From the NCBI GenBank assembly GCA_030265395.1, contig JARFYF010000002.1, positions 46,634,688 through 46,698,355 on the forward strand: DNA of 63,668 bases. Reading direction: 5' to 3'. Below the pieces are notes generated by a model. That model was not told the origin of the DNA, did no database searches, and was given only the letters and a program-made list of their open reading frames with translations. The position numbers and the translations under genes were made by a program. The DNA comes from Rhina ancylostomus (taxonomy: Eukaryota). Of the stretch, positions 37,200 through 51,000 are shown in pieces (within the stretch, counting starts at the first letter, position 1; the number at the start of each line of letters is the position of its first letter).

Positions 37200-40100
37200 A
37201 AGGCACAGTTAGTGAATGGCAACTCTCCCAAGAACCCCTTGTCACCTTAATGATCTTACAAAATCAACAAAGGTAAGAATGATGGCATTAAGAGTTAAAC
37301 TTCAAATTCAAATTTCAAGAAAATTCAGGGTATAAACCTTTGAATTAAATGGATTGGTTAGGGTCCTTCACATTCAATTATATTAGCCTGAATTTTCATG
37401 AAGGAAAAATGTTAAAGTTATTAGCATTTACCTTGGTTATGGAGTAAGTTGGACAACAATTTCCTACATCTCACCTGTGCTCTTAAACATAGAAACCTGG
37501 AAGTTGCTGCCCAATTGCTTTGTCCTTCACAAACTGTAGTGTTGTCTTGTAAATAAATGCTATGTTGAAACTCAATGAGATGTGAAGTTTTGGTACATGG
37601 CTATTCTTGGCATCGAAGAATGTTAGGGCAGGTCTGTAGGGCAGGGCAAGTTATACATTTTGCCCTAATTATATTTTTAACAAATAATTAGACTTGATTA
37701 CTGTTAAATAATCTCTCTGGCCCTGTAAATTGAATTTGATCAACATCAGGTTTTTCAGAATTTCGTTCCTGTCATAGTAGGAAGAGCATCATTGCTGAGT
37801 CGACATGTACAGATAAGTGTAAATGAATAGTGATCAGGAACAAAAATACAGGTTAATTTTTCTCCTTCCTAATGTAGGGATATGGAGGACAACAGTGATG
37901 GCTCTAATTCTAATGCACTGGCAGGGATGAACTAATTTAGCACAGTCTGTTGATCAGTCTTAGAACTTGCTACTCTGTATGGTTTAGATATTCATTGACC
38001 AAACCCTTTCGAGAGGTTGCTGGAATTAATTAAGCTACTTCAAGGAGGTACAGCATTTGGTGTTATGAGATCGCTTACTGGATTTGAATGCAGAGGAATT
38101 CATAAACATATGATTATTATTACAACAACTCTTTTACATTACTCACTGTTCTGAAACATGTTTTAATGACATTTAGCTGATTTCAGTATACAGTGCATGC
38201 TGTACAAAATTGCCATGAACATATCATGGTATCTGTATTAGAACATATGGGCCAGAAGTGAGCTCATCTAAGTATTCCCCTAAAACTCCCTTTTGTTCTG
38301 GTTATAAAAAGAAAGTTGTGGGGTAATCTCGCTTCAGTCTATGTTTGTTGGCAATTATTTCCTTGCCCACTGCACCACATTGACAGCATAAACAAGTGAG
38401 GCAATATGATTTAAGCTACAAATTAGGTTTATATGCTTTCCATTGGAGTTAATTGCTCATTTGCTCAATGGATATACTTTGAACTCTTTGCAGATCTAGT
38501 TGTTCTAACAGCAAGGAATCCCAATTACTGGTTTATGAGATAGTTTGCGAATTACTACCCAGGGGAATACATAAAGCTGTGATTGGTGGCTCTGGGAACA
38601 GTTACATAACTGAATGTTTTAAAAATTTTAACTGAGTTCAACAAAAAATTGAGTAAAGTCAAGAAATTTGAAATAATGTAGTTTGTTTAGTGATAAAGTA
38701 ACTTAAATTCTAGGAGCTTTAGTTTAAGAGAAAGTGTATTCTTGAAAGGGATGTGCTCATTCTTAAGGTGAATGCACATTGAGTGATGCGTTAATGACTA
38801 CAGTATAGATATGGAGAGGTTTTATCCTAGAATAGGGGTGTTGAACTGATTAAAACACTCATCTGTTGTCTCATGCTTTAACTTGTCTAGCACAGAACCT
38901 GCATATTCATTTAATATGGATACATGATAGGATTTTAAATAGAGCAAGGAAGGAACTTTTGGTAGTATCACATGTGGGTCTGGGTGAAGTTAGAGACAGG
39001 CAGTCTCAGGAACTAGAAAGGAAGTGTACAGAAATGGTGAATATGCTTTTGAGAATGGGGAGAAAAGGTGGTGATATCTGGGCTCCTTCTGATGTTGACA
39101 GAAGGTGATGAAAAGTTGAGCTGGATAATTGGTCTCAACAAGTGGTTCAAAAGGTAGAAGGAAAATGAATGGATTTCAGTGGCAACATTGGAAGGGCTTA
39201 GGGGCAAATAATAATCTCTTCGTGAGGGAAACATTGAATATGAATCAATTTCTTCAGCAGTAAGGTGGGCTTAAATGTGGTGACTGCATCAGAGGAGGAT
39301 CTAATCCAGATATAGTAACAATGGAATAGTGATGTTAAAATTAAAAAGAAGAACTAGAAAGTATTTAGGTATACACCAGAGGAGATGAGGTAAGAAAAGA
39401 CAGAAGGGAGGGTTATCTAAAGAAGCACAGAATGTTTGAGGAATTAAAATGTTTCTGGCTAGAAATTTGCAAGAATATAAACTCAAGGCACAGCCAGTGT
39501 TGAATGAGTGAGACCTTTAAAGAGGTTCAGTGAAGCTGGAGAAGAAAGCAGCTGAGAACACTGACTGAGGTTGTTTTCTCAAAAGAGTGTAGGGTCAGGA
39601 TTCAAATCCAGCTGCTGGAACGTTAGTTACCCCTCTCAAAGATGGTTGAAGAGTCTGAAGTTAAATGGTGCTACCAGCTGATTTGGCTCAACAGTCAGTA
39701 TTCACGTAAAGATAGAAGGATGCCTTCTTTGGGAAACGAGTGTCAAACACACCAACATCTTAGATGCTCTGCAAATGGAGCTTTAGCAAATAGTTTAAAA
39801 TAAGTTTTATGTTGCATTGAACATACATGCTACCTGGCTGGATTTTCTCAAAGCTGACTCTGGTGCCAAAAATTACACCTCCCAACACTTAATATTATTG
39901 CAGAAGGATTTTGGCAAATGGGCTGAAAATTAAACAAAATAAAAACTTAGATTTAATGAAGATGCTTTGACAACATCAGGCTAAATGTCAGGACAAGATT
40001 GCAAAGTATGGCCTACGTTTGCCAGTGGGATGGGCTGGTATGCCTGGTTTCCCTTGGTGTACTCATACTTTGGGGTAGGGGTGTGGGAGAAACTCTCCTT

Positions 40101-40900
40101 TTGGCTGACGAATTAGATAGAAGTCACTGAGGTGCTGAGCAAGCAGGACATCCCCTCCCTGGTGATGGAAATGAGTTGGTTCTGCTGGTGGGGCAGATCT
40201 GGAAGAATTTCAAAGCTGTGGGTTCCAGCCTGTTTCTCCGCAGTAATTGCTGTGACCTTTCAGGAACTGTTACTGTGCTCACTTAAGGTGTAGGATGGTG
40301 GAGATGCCATTCCACACATTAAACATGGCACTTTCTCCTGGTCTGGGAATCTTCAGCAGCTTCAGCTGCACAGAATAGGTGCAGCTTGAAACAAGGCATC
40401 TTTGGAGCAACATTGATTTATTGATACTTGTGAGATTTTACCATCCATTCCACTTCAGTGGAGAAAAGTAGAGTTCCTTTATTTACAGGCAAATAACACC
40501 TATCTTATGTGGATCTTGTGTGACTATGTGCTATTATACTGAATATAACACAAGTAATTTTTCAGTGAAACAAAATGGGATAGAGATTCATAAGTTTGGA
40601 AGGGACTGCCTGTGTTAATAAAATCTCTACTTTTCAATGTTTCTGGTGAAAGAGCAGTCAGAGTCAACTGCAGGTAGTATGTGAGGATGGGGATAATGAT
40701 ATCAACAGCTGTAACGTTCGTTTGTCTTCCTGCTGTTCCACTGTTTACCACTGAATGTTGTGGGCATGAGGAACATTTAGTAGCTCCATGCCAGATATAT
40801 TAGGTAGGCGTGTGCATAGCTGTTTGAAACCGCAAAGAATGTCCTGGTTCTCTACACCAATCTTCTGCGTCCATTCTGCTGTTATGATATGTTAGCAATA
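37200..40900 (+). pseudogene. Decayed cadherin repeats, segment 7
   Basis: 37681-37827 QIIRLDYC*IISLAL*IEFDQHQVFQNFVPVIVGRASLLSRHVQISVNE. ~40520 VTMCYYTEYNTSNFSVKQNGI. Confidence 0.6.
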
Positions 40901-41689
40901 ATAATAAAATTTATCGTCCCAGGTCCCTTACCACATCAAAAAACAAATCTTAATAGTTCAGTATAATAAAACCTTAGCACATGGCAATGGCATTACAGTT
41001 GAGAGCCACCACATTAATAGTATGTAATATGGCCAATTTTTGGCATAGAATACAATAGTATAATTTATCGATGGCTTCAAATGTGCAGTGAACCATGGGT
41101 ATAGTCAAAAGCGAGAGCTATAATAGTACATTATATAACTATAGCCGTACTACTTGCAGCATCAGTTATAAAAGAATGATATACAGTCAGCTTTGTTAGT
41201 ATAATCTACAGCCAGCTGCAATGATACAATCTCTATGTCGGTTTTAACATTACAATCTTCAACAATCAACAGTATCAGCTTTCGTAATGCTAGCTATATC
41301 CCTAGTTGTAGTACAATCAATAATGCCAATTGTAATAAATTTTCAGTGTTTCAGTTCAACAATGCACAGAATGAAACATGATATCGATGAAGTGGGTTAT
41401 CTAATTATCGTAAAGCTTAGCAGATTTAAGTTGCAGCCAATGATCAAATCCATGACTTTATTGAATATTGTAGAAAGTGAAAGGGACCATGGGGTCTAGT
41501 CCTGCTGCTTCCATTGTTATTTATATATATATATTCTACCACAGTAGAGGAAGGAAACTGGCAGCAATTTTTTTAAAAAATGAAGGGAACAGTAAAAGAA
41601 ACAAAATTACTCTTAAATCATCAGCTGATGCCTGAAGTAGAAATGAAGGACAGTTAAATGTTAGTGATCCCATCCTATCAAACAAGTTT

Positions 41690-42300
41690 GACATGAAGCC
41701 TCACTGGGAGATGCTAAGGCAGGAAACCAGAAGCTTAGTCAGAGAGGTAGCTTTTAAGGAGCAACCATTTGGAGGAAAGAGAGGTGGTGAGGTTTAATGG
41801 GTGCCTTTCTGAGTTAGGGCCATGGCAGCTGAAGGTACATGTGCAATTGAGGAGCAATTGACATTGGACATGATTAAGGAGGCAGAATTGGAGAGATGCA
41901 AGTATCTCAAAGGATATAGTCTGGAGGAGATCATAGAGATGGGGGGAGTGGGGAAACAATATCATGAGGGTTTTGAAAACAAGGATGGGAATTTTAGAAA
42001 TTAGACAGTGATTAATTGGGAGCCAATGAAGGTTGGCAAGCCTTCATTGATGAGTGAGAAGGACTTAGTGCAAGTTGGAATGAGGACAGCAAATCCACAG
42101 GTTTAAAGTGTATAAAACAAGGAAGGCCGGCCAGGAATTGCATTAGAATAGGAATGGATGGGGATTTTAGCAGTGGATAAACTGAGGCTGGGCAAACCTT
42201 GCAATGTTATAAAGGTGGGAAAAGATAGTTTTAGTGAATATGTAGGTATGGTTTTCAAAGCTCATCTTGAAGTCAAATAAAACATCAAGGTTGTGCACAA
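41690..42300 (-). mobile_element. Old L2-like LINE 3' region
   Basis: Purine-rich plus strand resembling the reverse complement of an L2 3' end. Confidence 0.5.
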
Positions 42301-42302
42301 AC

Positions 42303-42700
42303 TATAGAACCATAGAACAATACAGCACAATACAGGCCCTTCGGCCCACTGTGTTGTGCCGCCCATCAAACCACACCTCANNNNNNNNNNNNNNNNNNNN
42401 NNNNNNNNNNNNNNNNNNNNNNNNNNNNNNNNNNNNNNNNNNNNNNNNNNNNNNNNNNNNNNNNNNNNNNNNNNNNNNNNCTCTTGAACCTGTCCAACGT
42501 ATCTGCCTCCACCACCACCCCAGGCAGCGCATTCCATGTACCAACCACTCTCTGGGTGAAAAAGCTCCCTCTGACATTCCCCCTGAACGTCCCCCCCATT
42601 ATTTTAAATCCATGCCCTCTTGTCTTGGGCATTGGTGCCCTGAGAAAGAGGCGTTGGCTGTCTACTCTATCTATCCCTCTCAACATTTTATACACCTCTA
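42303..42700 (-). mobile_element. Relatively young CR1 3' end
   Basis: YKMLRGIDRVDSQRLF..TRGHGFK..FFTQRVVGTWNALPGVVVEADTL..FK, plus the (ggttctat) tail. Confidence 0.95.
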
Positions 42701-45289
42701 AACTAGTTCAGCTTCATTTAGAACTTGAGATGGAGTTAATATTTAGGTAATGAATAAAGGACTTGATTTATTATGTGAGTTTACAGAGCGTGATGGATTG
42801 GGAAAGGTTGTGGGATGTGTGTATGTTACCTAATTATGATATGAAAGAGATGCTTCTTTTCACAGAGAATTGACAATGAGGTAATATGTTATTTTGTACC
42901 ATGAGTGTAGCTTCACTGCACATGTTCCAACTAGAGAGGGACAAATTCTTGAATCTGGGGGATAATGTATTTCAAGGGTAGATGTTGTTGAGGGATGTGT
43001 TTGCTGCTCAGTATGACCTTCAGCAATTCCTTTGATCAATCTCGTGGACTGAAGATCAATTTCTCAGTTTAGTATTCTAAAGTTTCCCAAGGGTTTATAT
43101 CTTTTTTTAACTTGAGGTTGTTCAGGCTGGTAGGCAAATTGCTGGAGGGAGCGGGTGGACTCTTGCTGTGCAGCAGATACATCATGAGACAGTGTGGGAT
43201 AGGCTCATTGCCAGTTGGTCTATTGCAGTTCAATTTCATTTCATTCATCTACAGAGAGCTGTGCATGTTCAAGTGTTTTCTCATCTCTTATATTTCTCCC
43301 TCCATTTTATAAACTGCTGCCAATCTGAAGTTTCTTCCTATTCTCTCTCTTATTTTATATTTTGGCTTTATACTCATAGCCGAAAGCTCTTGGGTAATTG
43401 TATATCTGGACAATAGGCACTCTGTTCAAACTTGTAAGCATTGAATTACAGACAGGTGAAGCAGGCAGCTTGGCAATTCTAAGTGTGGCACAGCAAATGA
43501 AGAAATTGCCATGTCCTAATTCCCTTCTCCCACTATCATTTTATCTTGCCATGAATATTCATCTGTTAGATAAAAGGTCAATGTCCATTCAGAGTTAACT
43601 TTAATTCTTGTTTTTATTTATTTTAGTAGCTGCAGTTGGCATTTAAACTCTATCCATTTTAGTGATGGTGGAATGGAAACATCTGCCAGCTGATGTTCGT
43701 GGAGCAGTGCTGAAAATGTCACATTTACAGAGGCATTGATGGTGTTTGCATTGTAGACTTGAGAAATCGGCCTCTAATAATCTTTACCCAATGAACATAT
43801 GAGTTTGCTCTGAAGTATAGTTTTGAAAGAAAATCGGGATAATTTACAGGAATCACACAGTAAAGTGGAATTTTCTTCGGTAAATGGAATTCTTGAGGCT
43901 TTTACTGTAGGAAAGCAGCTAAGTCATGTGCTTACTCATGCCATGTCAGGGCAACAACAGAACTTTCTAAAATTAAAATGCACTTTAGTTTTCTAAATTG
44001 TCTACATCTGGCCAGGATAAACATGTCAAATGATGGTGTTAATTGCAAAACAGATTATACAGAGTTAGCAAGCAGTATTAATGTCCCCAAGTGTTTAAAT
44101 TATCAATGTATCTGTCAATGAATTTAGACCAGTTTTATTACATGTATAAAATACTGACATTTTAAAATTCTATATACTGTAATCCAGAAGAAAGAACACA
44201 TACGTAAGCTTTGAAAGCTCTTTCTCAAAGGAATTTGTCAACCTCTTTGGAACCAAAGATCAAACAAAATAGGCAAAAGATAAGCAATAAAAACAATACC
44301 CTTCTTCAATAGGTTGGTAGTTGGTGCTTTATATTGACTAGACATGTATCAGTTATTAATTCCAACTAATATTTCAGTAACATTTTCATATTTTGTTCAA
44401 TTTTATGTTCTCAAGAATGTGATATTGTTGAAGGCGTAATGTGGTTGCAGGAATCAATATGACAATTTTACGTTGTAGCTCCCTAAAAAGCTAAAGTATG
44501 AGAAAAGAACAGTTAATCCCAATCAAAGTGGACTGATATCTTATGGCAGCCAGTCTTTGGCCAAGTTACTGCAGCCCAACCATCAATGGATTTAAGACTG
44601 TTATCTAATGCTTATAAATTAATCAGAAGGCTTAGAAATTTATCAGTACAAAGACGCCTGATAAATTTATCAAGGCTCAGATATATAGTACTACTAAAAG
44701 ATGTTTGTACTGGCTGTATTTTAAAAAGGTTACGCAAAATCTGCTCTTCTGCATAAGTGTTCATTCATTTGTTGTGCTTGGAAGATACTAAAGGGGATTT
44801 TTTGATTTTATTTTCAAATCTCTTCCAGTAATCATTTTAATGTGATTACACAATAAAATTCATTGAAATGATTTGGCCTGTAACTGTGCTGTCTCATTTC
44901 ATGTTCAGGGTTCTGTGTTTTATAACTCTCACCGTGAGTCTGCCTTACTTTGGCACATACATACCAGTAGCACAAACTACTATTTTGTTTATAGCTCTCC
45001 TTCCAACCTTTGCTAAGGAGTCTCCTCATTTAGAATCTCCACAAAGAATTACTTTAATTAAAAAACTTGGAGGCGTAAGTCATACTTTCTAAACTATAAA
45101 ATCTGTACCATATCTTATTGATTGACCTGTTGTATTTTAATAGCAGCAATTTTTCAGACATTTGATACATGAATGAATACTTCAATTGCAGACCCTGTTG
45201 TAATATTGACATGGAGTTTGCAACTGTAATATGTCATTGTTTGCCATCGTTATACCTTCAAACTGGCAGTAACATCTGGTGTAAAAAAA

Positions 45290-46130
45290 GAAAATGGAGG
45301 AAACACTCTGCAAGTCAGGCAGCACTTGTGGAAAGCAAAACAGCTAACATTTCAGGACCCTTTGTCAAACCTGGAAGAGTGGGATAATGTGTTAATTTTA
45401 ATTTGCAAAGAGGGTGGGAGAAGGAAAGATAGGACAATGGGAATGTCTCTGATAGGCTGATGCCAGGTTGCCCAGACAATCCAGTGTTTATCTGATTAAT
45501 AGATTAATGAGGGCTGTTAGAGAAAACAAACAACAGGACATATTAAAGCTGTACAGACCAGAGCTATTGCTGAAACCTGAAACCAAAAGGAGAATACAAA
45601 ATATTCTGCAGATGCTGGAATCTGGAGCAATACACAAAAAGTGCTGGAGGAATTCAGCAGGTCAAAGACCAGCGGATCAGGCAGTGTCTGTGGAGAGAGA
45701 AAACCTGAGTCAATAAGACAGATGGAAAACCTCACAGCAAAACTGACTAGTTCTGATTCAAACAGAAAAAGCAACTTAACTGAAATTGTTGAATTTGATA
45801 TTGAGTCCTGAAGGCTGCAATGAGGCATGGAAAATGAGGCACTATTCCCAAAGCCTACAATGGGCTTTGTTGGAATAGTCCAGGAAATCACAGACACAGA
45901 GATTAGAGTGGGAGTGGAATGGAGAATTAAAACAGCAACTGGAAGCTCAGGATCAATTCTGTGGACTGAACAAAGGTGTTCTGAAAAGGGTCAGCGAATC
46001 TGTGCTTTTATTTTTTCTCAGTGTAAAGGAGACCACATTGAGCAATGAATGCAGTACACTAGCCACAGGTGCTTCATGACCTGCTGGGCCTTTCCAGCAA
46101 TCTCCTTTTAGTTTCAGGTCTTAGCTCCGA
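45290..46130. mobile_element. Penelope-like element remnants
   Basis: ctgcagatgctggaatctggagcaa..gctggaggaattcagcaggtc terminus, ttgaatttgatattgagtcctgaaggctg and ggagtggaatggagaattaaa internal motifs. Confidence 0.65.
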
Positions 46131-46301
46131 CCTGCATTTCACAGCTTTTACATGTCCTGTTGTTTATTTTCTTTCTCTCTTTCTCNNNNNNNNNNNNNNN
46201 NNNNNNNNNNNNNNNNNNNNNNNNNNNNNNNNNNNNNNNNNNNNNNNNNNNNNNNNNNNNNNNNNNNNNNNNNNNNNNNNNNNNNTTTTGTTTATTTTAT
46301 T

Positions 46302-46307
<6 letters not shown>

Positions 46308-46355
<48 letters not shown>

Positions 46356-46368
46356 CACACACACACAC
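46308..46368. repeat. (TC)n-(AC)n compound microsatellite
   Basis: Direct reading. Confidence 0.98.
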
Positions 46369-47299
46369 CAGGTGACTGCATGAACAATGGAATCCGCTTA
46401 GCAACTGCCTTCATACAATCACAGATACTCACTTTGTCCTGTCCATCCCTCTCCCATCCTCTTAGCAACTTGTTTTCTCACTCTTCCAGACCTCAAACAT
46501 TAACTCTATTTCACTTTCCCCACATGCTGACTAACCTGCCAAGTGTTTACACTTCTTGTAGTAGCATGTCCCTCTCATTTATGTACACTATAACCATGGC
46601 CTTATCTGATTGGCAATCTGATCCAATGGCCCAGCTTTACTTGTGCAGTTGGTTTATTCTGTTTCCATTTGTACATTTAGGGCAGGCTATTCTTCAACCT
46701 GTTTTGTTTGTGATGCATTCTGAATCTGAACTCCATGACAGCATCATAGATTGAGAGAAATATACATTATCTGGAGTACTGGTGGCATTATTTTCTACGT
46801 GGCTTTTGAAGCTTTATTGCATGCACCAAATTAATGGATAAAAACAAAATTTTGGCCCGGGGACAAAATCCAAATCTACAAACAACTTACAATGCCACTA
46901 GGTGGCACTTTCCTCTACATTGTTTGACTGGGGTCCTCTTTCCACTGCATTGTTAAAAACCAAATCACATCCATCTCAAGGCAATTTACATCAATGTCAT
47001 TGGTTTTGGCCTTGCTAACTTGTTACTCACATCCTCATACAAACAAACTAGACACTTGTGGGTTGGTGTCTTGCTTCTTAATCAAGAGTCTGTCCTCGTC
47101 AGTGCCATCAATGCAGGCCATAAATGTGGTTAAAATGGTGGGCACTGATAATTCACATAGTTAAATCACTTGAAATTTATTTTCCAATAAATCCATCATC
47201 AGACTTTTGACAAGAATGTTGTTTTATATAACTATATTCGGCATGCTGAATCTTGGTTTTTCATTGGCCTCAACAATAGATGAACTGTTTCTTGGGGGT

Positions 47300-47500
47300 C
47301 ACAAGAGACTGCAAATGCTGGAATCTGGAGCAAAAAACAAACTACATGAGGAAGTGGGTGGAGCAGCATCTGTGGGGGGAAAGGAATTGATGTCATGGGG
47401 TCTTGATGCAGGGTCTCAACCTGAAACATCGACAATTTCTTCCACCCCCCTCACAGTCACTGCTTGACTCACTGAGTTCCTCCAGCAGTTTGCTTCTTGT
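47300..47500. mobile_element. Palindromic non-autonomous Penelope-derived element
   Basis: The left arm (gctggaatctggagcaa..gcagcatctgtgggggga) is loosely inverted to the right arm (ccccctcacag..ctgagttcctccagcag). Confidence 0.7.
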
Positions 47501-48662
47501 ACTTCAACAATACAAATTTTTATAATTAAGTTATATCAGAATTACTGTTACCTCTCTGGTGAGAAAGGTCATCCAGAGGAATTCAGAAGAAGACAAAAAC
47601 AGATCCAATTGGCCACAAAACCAGTGATGGAACACAGATTGTAAGCAGCCCATGTTGAACTGTACTCAATGACTTCTCAGTGAAAAATGATATCAGCATG
47701 GTGTAGATTGCCTGCTGATTTTCCCATTTGGCATTGAAGGAGTGGTCTGATTTCATCCCATCAAAACTAATCTGTTTGTAAATATGCCCTCCTGAGTGAC
47801 CAATTATATCATAATGTAGAAATTCAATCCAAGTATCTATTGCACAATGGAAAATGTAGTAAATGAGTCCCTGTTTGATAACATGCATCAGCGTTCATAC
47901 ACTTTTAGAAAATAAAATCTGATTTCACTGAACCTCTGGCGGGTAACTACATACTTGATAAAATTGACAGAAATAACTTGATTTTTCATGATCAGCATCA
48001 GTTGTCAATAGAGCAGAGCCAAGTTTTTCATGGACACCACAAGAGACAAAATGTTCCTCTTTAGTTTGCGGGAGATCTATAATTGCGTAGGCAGAGCACA
48101 CCAAGAATTACTGGGTAGAGGACAATGGCATGTTCTGGAATGGACATAAGATGAGCTGTATGAGGTTCTTGCAGTCCCCTCTGATGATTTTCCTCTGAGT
48201 TTCAGCTACAGAGAATGTGGAGAAACTCAATCCAACAAGTAGAAAATAAAATATACGGCTGACCCCATTGATCCCAAAGGATGTCAAGTTCAATGTCATG
48301 TAAAACAATACAATTGACCACAATCAACAGTCAACATCTTGGTGCAACAACCTTGTAAGTATAGTCAAAGTTGTTCAATATTGAAAAGGTCTGGGGCAGA
48401 TCATATTGAATGGTCAGGCAGGCTGAGAAGGGTCAAATGGCCCACCCTGCTCCAATGTTCTTATGGTGCCAGAGTGAGGAAACCCTGCCCCCAAAATGCC
48501 CCGGAAACCTTTGACAGCTGACAGAGTATCAACCCCAGCTTTTACAGCCTTTGGAAGTTGCGAAGAATTCTTAATAGTTTTTAGATGTCTCTGACCTTCA
48601 AAAGGTATTAAAACTGAAGCAAGTATTTTTAAAAGTAAAAACAATTAATATTTTAAAAATAT

Positions 48663-48990
48663 TGGTGCAGCTGGTAAAGCTGTGGCCTCACATCACCAGA
48701 GACCCAGATTCAGTCCTGACCTCCAGTGCTGTCAGTGTAGAGTTTGCATGTTCTCCCTGCAACTATGTGGGTTTCCTCTGGGTGTGCTAGTTTCCTCCCA
48801 TATCCCAATTGGCCACTGTAAATAGCCCCTAATGTGTAGGTGAGTGGTTGAATCTGGGGCTAGTTGTCAATAGTGCAGGGAGAATAAAAAAAGGATTGAC
48901 ATAGGATTAATACGTATGCGTGGTTGATGGTTGCTGCAGTCATAATGGGCTGAAGGGCCTGTTTCTGGGCTGTCTATCTCTATGACTCTA
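48663..48990 (+). mobile_element. V-SINE/HE1-like SINE with candidate 8-bp TSD
   Basis: A/B boxes, V core and CR1-like tail gggctgaagggcctgtttctg. AAAATATT occurs at 48656-48663 and 48990-48997. Confidence 0.9.
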
Positions 48991-50779
48991 AAATATTTAA
49001 GCCGATTATAAATAATCAAAAACAATTAAACAGAAACAATAAAAAGAAATAGGAACTTCGCTGACAACAGTGTAGTCCTAATACATGTTGAAATCAGTGG
49101 GGTCTCGATTCAATGCAAGTTCTAACCTGATGTAAAATCTGTGATGCAATTCCAAGCATGATGGCAGCTGGCGATTTTCAACAGGTTGGACCACCTCTGT
49201 ACTCCCATGTAGAATCTACGGGTGGAATGAATTAATGGATTTATTACTCCAACTTTGCTAATGAGCTTGAGAATGCCATTGTGTAAGAATGAATGGGTAC
49301 CCCCTGGCTTTACCATCATTTAAACAACTAAATGCTGGTGGTTCCAAACACAACTCCCAGTGTCAGCCAGCAAGGCCCGGGCCAATACGTTTATGTTGCA
49401 ACTGTTAACTTGTTTGTGCCAACAAATTACAAGTAATGAGTAGGAACTGAAAGGCTGTCAACTTCCCAAACATTTAACGTCATTTCATAATCATTCTTGA
49501 GAATTATGAAATTTTCAAAGTTGTCAAATCTACCAATAATTTAAAAAAATGTATTCCCTCATCAGCACAGATTTATCTGCAGGAATTAAATCGGCTTTGT
49601 GCTGGATAGTCTCTGTGTCAGATTAGTGCAAACAACTGTAAAGTTGGTTCATAGGACATTCCACTCTAGCATGCAGGTTGTCTTAGACTTAAACCCTTTC
49701 CACAAAACCATTACTTGCACTTCATATGCATTCCAGGTACTTTTTTCTTAGTTTTTTTTTAGTAAACTTGATGTATTCTCCTGTGGTATTTTTTACACAC
49801 TATTTCTGCACACTATTTTTTTAAGTTTGCTATGCAAGAAGCTGAAATACATAAATGGTTCGAAAAAGCTGGAGGTAAGTTACATTATTTTTTTAATTTG
49901 TCTATGAACTGTCCCACTAAATCAGTTCATGCCAAATTGGGAGGAAAATTGATAACTTTATATAATCTTAGAAATTCTGTAATGTTTATGCTAAGATTGG
50001 CATTAACAGGAGGATGAAGCTGTTTTTTTAATGGAGTATCAGGTTTGAGGAGGTAAAACAGAAAGCCAGAGTCATATGCTCATATAAGTTTAGGCAAAAT
50101 CCTACAGTTCCTGTCCAGGTCTTTACATTAATACCTCATTGGATGCTGAAATCATGTCCTAATTAGTTTACTTTACACTACAAGTCCAGCTAACAGTAAA
50201 ATCACTGTAAAGTTTCAGAGCATATTCAATGTTGACAGATTCACCTTAATTCTGCTTTTTTTCTTCTGGCTGTTTTCTACCTATTAATTACATTTTAAGG
50301 CAGCATTCATTTTAGATTTTGGTACAAGTTAAACTTGCCATGAGATGCTAAATTCTTCTGGTATCTAATCATTCCTAATCAGCATCTGTTGGAGAATGAA
50401 CAAGGAATGAATTATCCCTTTGAGATAAATGTTCCCAGTAACAAGGTGTCCAATTAACAGCATTATAATGCACACAATACTAATTAAATATTGAATCATG
50501 TTAATTAGGATAACTACGTATATATTTACCTTTATGATTTTGTTGACTCAAGTAAAATGGTGTAATTATTTTGTTTCCTTCTTTTCACAGTATGTTAATT
50601 TCACAGCAATATGCAATTATCTTATAGAGTTTCCAGGGTTCTATCAACATATCTATCATGCAGAGGGATAACTTTGGCACTTTTTCATTACTGTACAGAA
50701 TAAGATTAGACCCTCACTAATGAGCAAGTACGTTAAAAGGAAACATAGTTGATGCTACCTCAAGTAGAATTAGGACATA

Positions 50780-51000
50780 AAACACAGAAGCCAGTGAAAA
50801 TTTGGAGCTCACTTCCTCAAAAGGCACTTAATGCTGTGCCAGTTGTAAGTTTTATATCTGATTGATGTATGTATGATTAGCCCATTATTAAAGGATATGG
50901 GATAAAGGCAGGTCTATGGAATTAGACACAGACAAGCCATGATTGCACTAAATGGTGGAAAAGGCTTGAGGGGCTAAATTATTTCATCCTGTGTTCCTCC
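50780..51000 (+). mobile_element. Old CR1 3' end
   Basis: ttaaaggatatgggataaaggcagg..gccatgat..aaatggtggaaaaggcttgaggggctaaat. Confidence 0.65.

Noticed and set aside
46152-46754. 200-aa plus ORF
   Set aside because: Made largely of an N gap, a microsatellite and repeat remnants.
49826-49874. Apparent small + strand exon FAMQEAEIHKWFEKAG ending G|GTAAGT
   Set aside because: The frame continues past the donor into EC motifs (GKLHYFF..GKLITL..MLRLALTGG), and no partner exons were identified.
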